A stretch of 64,000 nt of DNA from Tubiluchus corallicola (lineage: Eukaryota; Animalia; Priapulida), in assembly GCA_030141605.1 (NCBI GenBank), contig JAQGDQ010000521.1, positions 62,001-126,000 on the forward strand. The letters run 5' to 3'. Numbering within the stretch: the first letter of the stretch is position 1; every line of letters begins with the position of its first letter. Shown piece by piece: positions 23,683 through 36,110 of the stretch. The notes below the pieces were generated by a model. It saw only the letters and a list, made by a program, of their open reading frames with translations. It made no database searches and was not told the origin of the DNA. Both the position numbers and the translations under genes were made by a program.

Positions 23683-26600
23683 AAGTACATCCCTCATATT
23701 CAAGGAATTTTCAAAATTTTCAATTGTGTTTTAATATGTATGTTTTTTTACACAATGTTTATAGTTTGTGTGACAGCTATGCTGGGCCGTAGTTTAAAAT
23801 ATCTGTGCTTGTCATAAATAAAAAACTATAATTATTACATTTAGAACAATGTTGTATTTTTGGCACAAAGCAGTTTGTGTTAGAAAACGTGAGGTCCTGT
23901 TCATGGGAACAAACGATTAGGACAAAAACCTGAGGCACATTTTTCAATTCAAACCTTTTATTCTCATAACAAGCACACATTTCATACTATGAATTTAAGA
24001 GAATAAATAATCTCCAAAATGTTTTTTTGTGCAGCTATAAAAGCAAACATTGTAAGACATTAATAGTGTAAATTTTTAAAAATATCTTATGAGCAAAATA
24101 TAGAGTAAAATGTGATGAGAAAATGCAATATTACAATGACCTTGGAAAAATGCCTACCTTCATGACTTTAAAAAAGGTACAGTTATTTCCAAGTCTTGGC
24201 ATTTATTCTTAATTATGAATAATGCAAAATTAAGACAGATAAGAAGTGTAAACACTGCATATAAATGGTAAAACAGTAAAACTACAACTACTAATAGAAA
24301 AATGCAAGAGGACTACATAAATGTTATAATTACTGAGCATCACATTTATAGCTGCCAAAAGTTATCATTAAGAATATAAAATAAGGCTAATATGCTAATC
24401 TGTGATGACATACTAAATATCTCTAGTAATTATATACAGCAAAACTTGATAAGAAAACTGTTTAGCGGTTACACTATCGGCAGATGACAATCAAAATTTG
24501 GTGACCTTTTCACAATTAAAGTGCAATACCAATGCTGCATTTGAGTGTAGTCGAGAATTTGAAAATTACAACCTCACAGTGTCCTGAAGAACAGGTTGTT
24601 TGCACACGGGTGTATTTGTACTTGAAACTCAATAAGAGAATGTTATCATGACGATTGATTCATTTTTTCTGCATCAGAGACAAGTTTTTTGCCCGTAATC
24701 CATTAGTTATGATGTAACTCACTCGTGGCAGTTAATACCCCCCCCCCGCACGTCCCGAGTTTCTGACTATGTAATTCGAAGTCATCTAGTGTGAAAAACA
24801 GTCAAATGCAGTATAAGTATTTACAGTAACAGAAAAATGAGTAAATTAAATGTGAACTGTATGACATTGTACATAATAATAAAAAGATAGCCAAAGCTAC
24901 AATGTTCTACGTATTTACAGATGAGTTTACACTCGGCTTAGCACCAGATCTATGGCAACAATCCTATAGTTGTTTACATACTCTACAATAAAGAACACAA
25001 TAATACCATGATTGCTTACAACATTGTAGTAATTATAATAAAAACATCAACTTCTAACAAACATTTACATAACTATGCAATGGTTGCTCACATAGCTGTA
25101 ACTATGACAAAGGTGTCGTATGTAGCAAATATTTTCAATAATATGTGGCAATTATGGCAACAATGTCATGAATACTTACATTGCGTAATACTGGCATCAT
25201 TTCATTGAATGATAACAGCTTTGCAGTCACCATGGTAAGAATGCCATGATTGTTTACCAACACAGATTAGTATAACTAACATTAAATAAATTACGTTGTG
25301 TGTATGTATCAATCAGCAAGTTGAATTTTGAAGCAAGTTTGTGTCTTCCTATCAAACTCTATAGGGCCAGCTTCAATTTTGAAAAAAAATCTACCTCATA
25401 TAAAAGCAAATCCATGAGCACTACTCCAACCTCCCCAATTAAAATAATACTATACTAACTGAAAAAGTGCAAAGTTATGCATTAACCATTGTTCATTCTT
25501 TTATTAGCTTCATAATGATTCCGTTCAATCAAGCAAATATTTTAATTATAACATTTCAAAATGGCTATTTAAAAAATTAGGTTCAAGAAAAATGCCCTGC
25601 AAGAATTTTTTTACAAAAAAGGTTTACATTATTTTGCTGCTTAGTGGTAAAAAGTCATTAATTCAACGATATGCACAAACTGCACAACTGCTGTACTAAA
25701 AGCATGTTTAAGTATATAGCCTGCATTAGCACAACTATACAACTTTGTACAATTTCTTAGAAAAAGTTTTTGAACAATAGTTTTTCTATTTCTTTTAAAG
25801 AATACTTTAATACATTTCTTTTAAACAATAGTTTTTAGCTGATAGTAAAATAAGTATAAAAACAATCATAAAAATTAAATAACATATTTGTACACTCATT
25901 AACATTACACAATTACAAATAATCTCATCAATGTTATCAACGAATAACACAATTTGTCTGACACACATTAGTAGCATTACTACATGTACAAGCTTTTATT
26001 CTCAATTGCCCAATATTGAAATTGGACTATATAAAATATGAATAAACATAAAGCAGTGACACACTAGCTGACTAAGATTATTCAACTGAAGTCATAAGTG
26101 CATCATGATCAACCATCTTAAATGTGTGAGCGTAATTATTTACAAAAAAACTTACGAGAGGAGCTGGCCTAAGCTACTTAGTAGCTTTTACTAAAATCAC
26201 TTTGCTCTTTTACATTACAAAAATTGGTAATAAGAACAAACATGTGAAGGTCAACTGGATGAAGCAAATTTTTCTTAATGACAACTTCAAATGAGGAGAA
26301 GTGAGTGGGCATGTAAGAATACATTGATACCTTTTGTGATGATATGTGTCTAGTCAAAGTGCACCAGTATCGCGATAATCTGAATCATTGATATTTAGCA
26401 TGTACGTACTTGATTATTCACTGATAAGAAAAGGGTGAAATAATTTGAACTACAGCTCTAGAATGTTCTGTAAATACGTAATAATCAGTGCAATGAGCGC
26501 AGTATTAACAGACTTAACACAGGCAGATCTACTGCTAGCAGCCAAAGCGAAGCAGTTGAAAGCGAAATGAGATATAATAATCTATAGTAGCCTAATAACG

Positions 26601-27160
26601 TTTTTGCTTATAAGTTTCTGAAATGGCTAGCAGCAAACGTGGACTAGAAAATGCACCAATATACTTCAAATTAAAACTAATGAAAAATTTTGCATTTCTG
26701 GTGGCTTACAATGTAAACAGCACAAAAGCATAAACAGAAATCAAACAGTTTGCTGAATTATTTTAGCACTTAGCATGTTTGATAATCTTAATGTTTATTT
26801 ATATAAATAAATAAAGTTGTGCATGAACTGAGTATTAGGTGTTGAAGTGTAACATAAAGCACGAGTAAAACATAAAGCAAGACACAACAAATTGATTTGT
26901 GCACCATCCTCATCAAATACGAATTTACAAATGACTTGCGTACAGCTTAAATGGTCGTTCAAGCACAATGCTTATTCTAATACATAAACTATATTTGCAG
27001 TTTACTTCCAACAAATGATTTTTAGTTTTAGCTCAAAAAAGAGTATGAAAAGCAACAAAAAATAATAATTTTTTAAAACCATGTTTCTGACACCATAAAA
27101 CAACACTTATATTACAGATCCAGATCCTATGACAAAATGCTGCATAGAATAAATATGCTT

Positions 27161-27287
27161 CTACAAACCATATGATTTATCTTTAGACTTTTTACTAACA
27201 ATATCCTGCGTATTTTCATAGTAATCAACGTCATCATCCGGGTTTTCATTATCTTCGTCAGCAGCATCTGATTCATCATAATAATAC
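27161..27287 (-). CDS. TWSG1: Twisted gastrulation, terminal exon (acidic Tyr-rich tail)
   Basis: ttttag acceptor; phase 2 continues exon 3: (E)YYYDESDAADEDNENPDDDVDYYENTQDIVSKKSKDKSYGL*. Confidence 0.75.
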
Positions 27288-27307
27288 CTAAAATATTTTG
27301 ACACAAA

Positions 27308-28800
27308 CTTACCTGTCAACCTGTTATTAGCGTTGCCCTTATATAGGGTCTTGCTAAACCTTATAAGACAGCACGGGATATTACCGAATCTGAAAATATG
27401 TTAATTTGCTGGGAGCCAACAGAAACAGACCAGTCACGAGATCGCATATCAGTCCACACAACAACAAAAAATCATTGGAACATGATTTTATTGTCTTGTT
27501 TTCATGAAAAAAAAAACTATTTAGTTAAGGTGTGATATTATTTGTGTATGCATATCAGATGGAATTTTGTAACAAACACTTAACTTTATATATACATATA
27601 TATTAAAAAAAAGACAAAACACATAAAAACGAGAGAGGGTTCAAGTTAATCTCACATTCTTCCTTATATCCTGTTATACAGTCACTGAATTACTTTACTG
27701 CAAAACTGAAATGTGTTTAGTATGACAATGGCTGGCTACAATGAACAATCAACAATGTTGCTTGTACTTTGAGGTGGCAGACTTGGCTGATGCCACCAAT
27801 GCACGGGAAGGATGTACTTGGAAACAGGGCACATCACAGTTCATCTTCACTTGCAGAAAGGAAGTGAGGGTATCAGGAAGCATGCTCTTCCTGAATTCTG
27901 TGTGGATCTTCCGCACCATGCTGAATGCCCTTTCACTGTCGGCGTTGCTGTGTGGAAGGCAGAGAAGGGCTGTGTAGACTTTGAGAAGTGCAGGGAAGCG
28001 GGGAACATCCAAAGCAGTTTTCAAACTCAAAATCTGGCCCCAAACAACGTCAGTGTTGATCCGCTTGCCATCCTTGTCATTCAGTGACACAGCACTATCT
28101 GGCAGCAGTTGAAGATCCTCCCATTCTTCTTTGGTCACTGAAATGATCCGCAGTGGAAGGTGGCAAGTTGTGTTCGGCCACAAACTGACAAAATAAAATT
28201 TCTGCAGCTTTGGCATTAGAGCTAACAACAGGTTCCTTCGCTGGTTTGAAATGATCATCCATCGACCGAAAAGTTTTAGTTTTCGCCACACTTTCCTTGT
28301 GTCCACGTGTTGAGAAATGGGTCGTAAAACCCGGACGCTCGCACTTTCACATTTTTCCTACATGGAACACAAAACGAGTAGTCGGAGCCTTCTGACGAGG
28401 CTTTCACCCATCCAGCGTATGCTCCACCACAAAACTTTGGGCTCTCCCATTCTTTTAAATGACGTCCAGTTCCAGTTTTTTGCTTTTTCGCCGGAGGAAC
28501 ACGTTCGCTTGCCATGTTTTTTTTCACGAATGAAATAGCGGAAGTCACGTGGTTAACCGGATGTTAAGAATTATTAGCTGAGTGTGCGCAATGACAACGT
28601 TTGAACGGAAGTAAGATCGTCTGCATGAAACTACCGATCGAAAACGGAATATTCGATGCGATCATTTTCGCTGAGCAACATTTTGATTTTGCCGTATATT
28701 TTTCTTTTCGCCGTATGGATTTTCTTGTAAGCCGTATTGGGCCAAAAATGCATTTTTCCCGTACAGCAATACGGCCAAACCGTATAGGTTGACAGGTATG
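27308..28800 (-). mobile_element. Internally deleted hAT DNA transposon in tsg intron 3
   Basis: Terminal inverted repeats CTTACCTGTCAACCT (27308) and AGGTTGACAGGTATG (ends 28800), flanked by direct repeat CACAAA; clustered CCGTA subterminal motifs at 28690-28786. Confidence 0.9.
27749..28515 (-). pseudogene. hAT transposase pseudogene (zinc-finger N-terminus fused to C-terminal dimerisation domain; frameshifted, core deleted)
   Basis: MASERVPPAKKQK...W...W...FCVPC (BED/TTF-type finger), FVAEHNLPPSTADHF, then LLCLPHSNADSERAFSMVRKIHTEFRKSM (hAT C-terminal signature); the three pieces lie in different frames. Confidence 0.88.
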
Positions 28801-28970
28801 CACAAATACACATGTGTTAGTATAAATGTAAAATTATATATTGTATAAAAATGTTATGTAACCAATTTATTAAACTAAAGGAAGTGGCTAAGAAAGCTAC
28901 CTCGCTTGTAAAAATGTCCTCCCAATTTTAGATAATGAAATTTTATAGAAGTATCATAGATAGTACTCAC

Positions 28971-29175
28971 TCAGATTCCAGATCCTGCGATTTATCCTCT
29001 GGGCACCGCAGGCAGTTGCTCTGGTTTTTGCCGTAGTTGATACATGTGTGTCCTACGCACTCGCAGCACCCATCGTAAAACCACCGATACTTACTAGCAC
29101 CCATAGATGAGCATGATATCTTGCATTTGTGCATTGACATGCACTGGCTCATGTATGCCACAGTACAGTTTATTT
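28971..29175 (-). CDS. TWSG1: Twisted gastrulation, coding exon 3 (C-terminal Cys-rich Tsg domain)
   Basis: NCTVAYMSQCMSMHKCKISCSSMGASKYRWFYDGCCECVGHTCINYG, the diagnostic Tsg motif; GTGAGT donor. Confidence 0.95.
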
Positions 29176-29796
29176 CTAAAATAAATAATAATTTTAATAA
29201 TAGTTTTTACTGCAAATTCCCAATTTCTGGAAAAATTTAGGCAGAAGTTTTGAGAAAAAAATTTGAACAATCTAAAAACAGTCGAAGTATTTAGATAATT
29301 TTGCTGTAAGTGTAAGTTGTGATCCAGCACCCAAGTTAATGTTCACTGTTTTGAAAGATAAAGCATATCCAATTATCAACGGTCGCATAAAACTCTGAAC
29401 AATGGCCACCTTCAGATTTATGTACAATTGTACATGTTTCTTCAATGAAAATACCCAAGTCGGTATGGCAGATGACACCACGTATCAGCAGTGGCTTAAT
29501 TTTGGTCTGATCTAGTGGTATGATCTCTCAGCGTTTTCTTCATCCAAAATTCGAAAGTAGTTTATTAACGTCTACCTGACAAGATACTGTCTAGTATTTT
29601 TAAATGCATTAGCAAGCAAAAGATCTTGATATCTTGCAAAGATAGTAGTAACTCTACCCAGTACCAACCTCATCAGCATAAAATAGTGTATGTTACCTGA
29701 AAAAATGTACTTGTAATGCTAAGCAAACACAAAATACAGAACTGAAAACCACTGTGCTAGCCCACCGCTTACACATGCGAATTTTTGACGTCTTAC

Positions 29797-30006
29797 CAGA
29801 TGTTGATAGTGCAGTGTGTGGACTATCAGGCTGAAAAACTGCATTAATCTCGTCATCTTGTGGGAAGTACTCTGATGTCCATCGCAGCAGGTGATCATCT
29901 TCCTCTGTTAAAACATTGAATAGGATTGGAACTGGCTCTCCGAGGTCTTCGACAGCACTTTTCTGACTGAGTTCATCAATAATCTTGGGTTCACTGGGAC
30001 ACAAAC
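29797..30006 (-). CDS. TWSG1: Twisted gastrulation, coding exon 2
   Basis: (G)LCP...LSQKSAVEDLGEPVPILFNVLTEEDDHLLRW, the conserved Tsg hinge; GTAAGA donor gives the phase needed for exon 3. Confidence 0.92.
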
Positions 30007-30470
30007 CTATTAAACAATTACAAGTTTTAGAACATTTCGATTTTTACACAACCATGTTTGTTTAACAAAAGTTGTACATGACATTGTTAAAAAAGTAAAC
30101 TTTTGATGTGCATGCATGCTACTTAATACCATGAAATTAACTCTTAAGCTACCTGACAGAGCTAAGCTAGCAAAGGTGACCTGGTCTTAATTTGAAGTAT
30201 AAAATATGACACTTTATTTATACGATGCAATTACAAGTAGGTCACATATATTTATGCTATTTATGCTGAAACTTCACAAGCAACCTAGTAATATTACTAT
30301 GTTAGTCAATCAAACTGCTTTAAAAGAGCTGACATGAAGTTCAAAAGTTGAAGTGAAAATTGTGAAGGTTGAGTAGTTTTTGTAATTTCAAAAAGATAAT
30401 ATTTTTGATAGTGAGGTTACTCAAATTCAAGGAACGCCATGTAACAAAATAGGCCTGCATACACACATAC

Positions 30471-30696
30471 CAACGCAAGAACAACAGTCAGTGTATAGAT
30501 CGTGTAGGCACTTGTAACAGTCTTTGCAGCAGGTGCAAGAAGATTCAGTCATGTCACATTCACATGACTTAATTAACATGCACTTGCTCACGACGCTGGC
30601 ACATACGGCTTCATTGCAGCCATACAACTCATTGTCAAAAGCAAATGCCACGAAGATGCCAAATGGTAAAATGAATGCAAGCTTCAGTACATCCAT
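30471..30696 (-). CDS. TWSG1: Twisted gastrulation, coding exon 1 (signal peptide plus N-terminal Cys-rich BMP-binding domain)
   Basis: MDVLKLAFILPFGIFVAFA...GCNEAVCASVVSKCMLIKSCEC...CCKDC...CCSCVG; GTATGT donor. Confidence 0.95.
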
Positions 30697-33000
30697 CTAC
30701 AAATACACAGAAACAAGAAATATGAAACTAAATGTAAATGTGATAATTGCACTATCAGTTCATGAACAAGTTGTTATCTGCAAAATTGGTCTCCGCTTCA
30801 CACTGATTACTTTTGTTCTTATAAGTTTTTCTTCACAATAAGCAAACTATAACTTTGGAGGGCCTCAGTTATGGACAGTCATGGCTTTGCCAGAGAAGTC
30901 AACTATATTAGGAACACTTAGCTCAAGTGATAAGTTTTAGTGGGCTTATGTCTGCCACTTCACTAGCAAGTAATCATGGTGAAGAATGGTACCTATACAC
31001 TACTACTTTGCTACAGTCAAAAATTTTACATAACAAGTAACATACATTTGTTTTACACAAGTTCTGTAGAACTCAGTGATGCTTTAAAAAGAATTTGCAC
31101 TAAGTACTGGTAAATCACACACTTTCTAAAAGTACTAGATGTACTTGTTACTATCACTACTATGATACACAATTTTCACTAGCTACAGCTTGTATTCCAG
31201 GAGAAATTGCAAGGATCATAGCACAACCATGGCAATTACATGACCAATGGTCTTGGAATTTATTTCTCAAATGGGACTTCTGGCTACTAGGCTGTTAGAT
31301 AGTAAAAGAGTAAAAGACCAAACTCTTTCAAGAGAAAAGCTGATCAACTAGTCTGGACCGCAAAACACTGGTTACTTGCTTAATGAGTTTTTGTGCCAAA
31401 ATGCCTGGATACATCATTTATTGTTATTGTGTAATTCATTTCGTCAACATGTTATTAAACAGCAGTCTAAGAAACATAGGCAAATTTCAAAATCTGATGA
31501 CAGCTCATTCCTGAAGGTGCATCATGTTGAAGCCTACCCACCATAGTTTGTTCATTTGTGAATATTAAATGTCTGCACACCTTTATAGTGAGTAGAACTA
31601 ACAACATGTTGGAATACAGAAAGCTTCTCTTGTAACCTCCAAGAAAGTTTTAACTTTGTGGTTTAAATCGCACGGAGGAAGTTTCATTAGCTCAATCCAC
31701 TTTCAGGTAATTGAAATCACTAGCAATCACTAAATGAGATAGGTTGCTTGGTATGTCGCATAATGCTTTATTAAACTTTCCCTTCTGTACTGTTTGGTGA
31801 CCTATAAATACAACCTACCAACAAACTTTCACACTGTATAAGCTTTAATATCCAATTCAGACGTGAATTGTTTCTGACAAAATTTGCAAATCATACAAGT
31901 TGTGTTTGCTACTGTATTACTGTCAGGCATGATAGGCCAATCATGTACTTTACAATCAGCCATAATTTTATCTCAAATGCATATACTCTGGCTACCAATG
32001 TTTGTCCAAAAATTCGTAACATTATCTTTGTGAGGATGCAGAGAATAACTGCTATGTCACACGCAGGTAATACAGTAGCCTACGTCAGATGTAAATGATT
32101 AAAGCGTTGCAGTAAGTGTTATGGTAAAAATCGCACTCAGTTCAACTGAAAATATACGGCACATGATTTTTCTGCTCTACAACTCCAACTTCACTACGAA
32201 GGCAGCTCTTCACACTTCAACGATGGTTTAATAAAAAAAATTATAAGGCTAATCCGCTATCAACAGCAATCGAAGCACCACAGGAGTCTAACATACCAGC
32301 AAGCATATTAAAAACAATTACAAAAGACAACAATGCATCTTACACTGATGAGTTATATTACTTATTAGTATTACATTTAAATAGCCACAAAAACAAAATA
32401 ATGTAAAGCAGCAGTAGGAACAGCAAACCTAACTTGTCAATTTTAGCTCTCTCTTTCGAACTGCGAAGAATAAGAGACCTAACCATAAGATGATCTTTGA
32501 CAGTCTCTATTCAACAGTTTAAGAAATTAAAACAGAATTGATGCTTCAAGTATTTCACTAATATTAACTACTAAGTGAATTCCAAGGGCGAATTTACTCA
32601 ATTCAGTTCAATTTATTTGCATAAATACCCTTCTAGTACTTTGGCAATACACGTACTACTAGTACTACTATTAGTACTACATAGGAAATACAATTTATAA
32701 TATAAATTTGACAAAATACAAAACATTCTAGTATGATGACACAATATTTACATAACTTTATACTACATTTTTATGATGCAAAAGCTAGTATCAACATAAA
32801 TGCCAATAACTGTTAGTTAAAATTTATAACATCGTAGTTCATAATCATATTCATACTATCATAGTCATACTATGAAAACTTACAATAAATACTAATTTAC
32901 ATTTCACTGACGTGGACACTCACAATTTTCATGTTTAGGACCGACTTGTTTATGGTAAACACTTTGACACGTTTGTGACGATATTTAAAGTTTTACTTAC

Positions 33001-33348
33001 CATCAAAAGGAATAATTGTTACAATTTTCAAAATTCCATGACTTTATGAAGAGCAACCATTTTACTTTTAGTCTGGTGCACAACTTTTTCTATGTTTAGT
33101 CACGTGATTATTGTATACACATCACCATGTCCAACCAGTGCCCACAAGTTGTGTTTTTACTCTGTGCACTGAGTTGCTTTCAATTTTAGTTGTGGTTGAT
33201 TGTACTCAGTTGTACGTTCTATGTGTGTATGAATATACTTGGACGAAACCCGTTAATCTTTGGACTTCTTACCCGGAAAACTGAATAGCAATAGGAATAA
33301 AGTGAGATGGTCACACGTGAGAGAATAGATAAACATTCAGGATCTTCT
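33001..33348. promoter_or_regulatory. Putative bidirectional promoter and first exons of tsg (-) and the SLC6 gene (+)
   Basis: Minus-strand donor ATG|GTAAGT at 33001/33000, plus-strand donor GTAAGG at 33349, CACGTG E-boxes at 33101 and 33314. Both genes have an acceptor upstream of their ATG and so need an upstream exon. Inference; no transcript data. Confidence 0.45.
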
Positions 33349-34508
33349 GTAAGGAGCGTAAATATGTTACTAATTTTTGTAGCCGGTAGGCGTTAAGTAG
33401 TCTTTTAATTTATAAGTGATTAACTATATTATGCAGGTTGCACTATTTTTTATAGTATGATTCTAATTCTAGGTACTTGTTATGTAATTATGCTTGCCTA
33501 ACGACGTTTATCGCATTTTAATGGAGCAATAGTTACACAAGTCGTTTTATATGTTATTTTTTGTAAGAATCTAAGTAATTTCTCATACCTGTGCTAGTTT
33601 TAGCGTAAGCAGTAGGTGTTTAGTTGTTGCACCCTAATTGGCAGTATGGCACTGCTCCAAGTTGCTGATATAGTTGGTTGCAGAAGTCTTTGGTGTTATT
33701 TAAATTCGTACAAAAAAATGAATTATTAATATTAGTTGAATTTGGCTTCGCTCGATAAGTGGGTAATAAAAAGAAAATAGGCCACAATTATTAATACAAG
33801 AAAGAAACAATTGCAATTAACATTTCTTAGCACAAAACTTACAATTTCAGAAATCGTGTACTAAGCATTGCACAAAAGTTTGCACGTGCTGAAAATAGGA
33901 AATTAAAGGTGGGCTGCACACTGATAAAAACAGCTTTTTCAACATTAAATTAAAACGTGTAGTATTTACGTTATTTTGGAATAATGAAAGTATTAATTCT
34001 TCTGCTGCAAAGAAAATCTTCAAAGATCATCATCGCAGCTAAGAGTCTCAAGATAATTGTATTGCATTTGAGCATGAGATTATAGTTTTTCTATGGTACC
34101 ATCACTACCATACCATTTACTTTTAGTAATTCTGTAACTGTAGGTGAGTTGTTTAGAACTTAGTACATATTTGTCCAGTATGTAGAAGTATGTTCAACAT
34201 GTAGAATTAATAGACATTTAGCTTCAGTTATGTGTGGATTTACTACAGATATCACCTCGCAGGGTTCTGTGTAAAAAACTAATTTCTTTTCTTGCAGATA
34301 GTGTGTCTGACTCCATTATAGGTACATTTATTACAATGGAGTCGGTAAGTCCCGGAGATGCCATTAGGATCACAGACAAAGATGCCAATAGGACCTATCA
34401 CTAGTCTAAATGTTGTCCATATGCTTGTAAAAAGCTTGTACATAATGTGATAATGTTGCAGTTGTATACATAATTGTGGCATCGTAAAATTACATACAAC
34501 ATTCAATT

Positions 34509-34773
34509 ATGAAATCTGCTGCTAGAAAAGGTCTTCATGTGCCTCTTCCTCAAGAGGGAAGTGGTGTGGAACTAGGTGCAATGTCAAATTCTTTAACACC
34601 TGATACGCCTGGTGATGAGGATGATATTGAGCAAGTGAGCATTCAAGTTGTGAAGGAGGGTGACAGAGTAGAGTGGGGTAGCAAAGTTCAATTTCTTCTC
34701 TCTGTTGTCGGCTATGCCGTTGGATTAGGGAACATCTGGAGGTTTCCGTATCTTTGTCAGCAGAATGGTGGAG
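34509..34773 (+). CDS. SLC6 sodium-dependent neutral amino acid transporter (B0AT-type, SLC6A15-20 subfamily), coding exon 1
   Basis: [37 protein letters not shown] is the SLC6/SNF TM1 signature. Confidence 0.93.
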
Positions 34774-35400
34774 GTTTGTTAACTGCATAATTCTTACTTA
34801 GGTGGCAACTTAATGTAAATGACACTTTTGTAAGGTAAACTGAGTACATATTTCCATATTTTAGTGCCAGATTCTTTTGTTCTATATTTAAATAAATACA
34901 TGCATGAAATTCAACTATTCTGCATTCAGAGTTTTACTTGTACTTGTGACCAAAATGTGCAAGCAAGACCACAGGTTTGATCGTACCTATTTTCCTAAGT
35001 AATTTTCAGGTTAAAACTTTGGAAGACTTGCATAGTTGTCTAAACTTTCTTACTGGGAGAAAGGCTTGAATTGTTTCAATAAGCGGCTTGTTAAAGTACA
35101 ATTCAGTGAATATGTCTGCTATCAGAGGCTACTGAAAATTATATTCACAAAAAAGTTATGAATGTGACCTTAACAATTATTAGTTCACTTACCTACTGTA
35201 AATTGGATTAATTGGAAATGTGATTTTTGAACAACATATGAAATTCAGTTACAAAAAATAGTACTATGCAATAACTTGTAACGGTGCCCTTATTAAAAAG
35301 TTGACCCTACTTGCGGGTACCATCTCATATCTGATGTGCTGCCTTTGGCCACTAATAATTTAGTCTAATCTTGCAGAGAATTTGTTCTGTTTCCTTTTAG

Positions 35401-35864
35401 GTGCATTTCTCATACCATACTGCATCATGCTGATATTTGAAGGAATACCTCTGTTTTACCTGGAGCTGGGTATCGGGCAGAAACTCAGAAAAGGCAGCAT
35501 TGGTGTTTGGAATGAGATTCATCCGTACCTCGGTGGACTGGGTATATCCAGTACAGTTGTGGCTTTCCTGGTCGGCATGTACTACAACGCCATCCTTATG
35601 TGGTGTTTCTACTACTTGTTCCGTTCTTTTACTTTGAAGTTGCCGTGGAGTGAATGTCCTATGGACACGGCAGACAATGGCACAGTGGTCCATGAGTGCC
35701 ACATTAGCTCAGCCACGTCATACTTCTGGTATAGAAAGACATTGGACATTTCACCAGGAATTGATGACACCGATGGTATTCGATGGCCATTGCTTGGTTG
35801 TCTGTTTTGTGCCTGGGTGCTCGTGTATGTATGTATCATGCGAGGAATAAAAAGCTCGGGAAAA
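35401..35864 (+). CDS. SLC6 B0AT-type transporter, exon 2
   Basis: AFLIPYCIMLIFEGIPLFYLELGIGQKLRKGSIGVWNEIHP...LPWSECP...YFWYRKTLDIS...RGIKSSGK; GTAAGT donor. Confidence 0.95.
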
Positions 35865-35957
35865 GTAAGTGATAACATCTAGGGTAGCTTGCCAATTTGG
35901 TTTTTGTAGGTTTCCCTAGTTTTTCAGTCTGTGCTCACAAATTAAATTAATCTATTA

Positions 35958-36110
35958 ATCTCTCTCTCTCTCTCTCCCTTTCCCTCTCCCTTTCTCTCTC
36001 CCTCTCTCCCTCCCTACCTCCCTCCCTCCCTCCCTCCCTCCCTCCCTCTTCATCCCTCCCTCTCCCTCTCCCTGTCTCTCCCTCTCTCTCCCCCTCCTTC
36101 TCCCTCTCCA
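35958..36110. repeat. (CT)n/(CCCT)n polypyrimidine microsatellite
   Basis: Seen directly. Confidence 0.9.

Noticed and set aside
29665-29796. Extension of tsg exon 2, or a micro-exon after the ttttcag at 29697
   Set aside because: The GTAAGA donor at 29796 already joins exon 3 in phase, and the extra residues do not resemble Tsg.
34336-34404. Upstream ATG (MES...) with a GTAAGT donor as the SLC6 start
   Set aside because: Unspliced it stops at a TAG; spliced to the acceptor at 34461 it is out of frame with 34509. At most a uORF.
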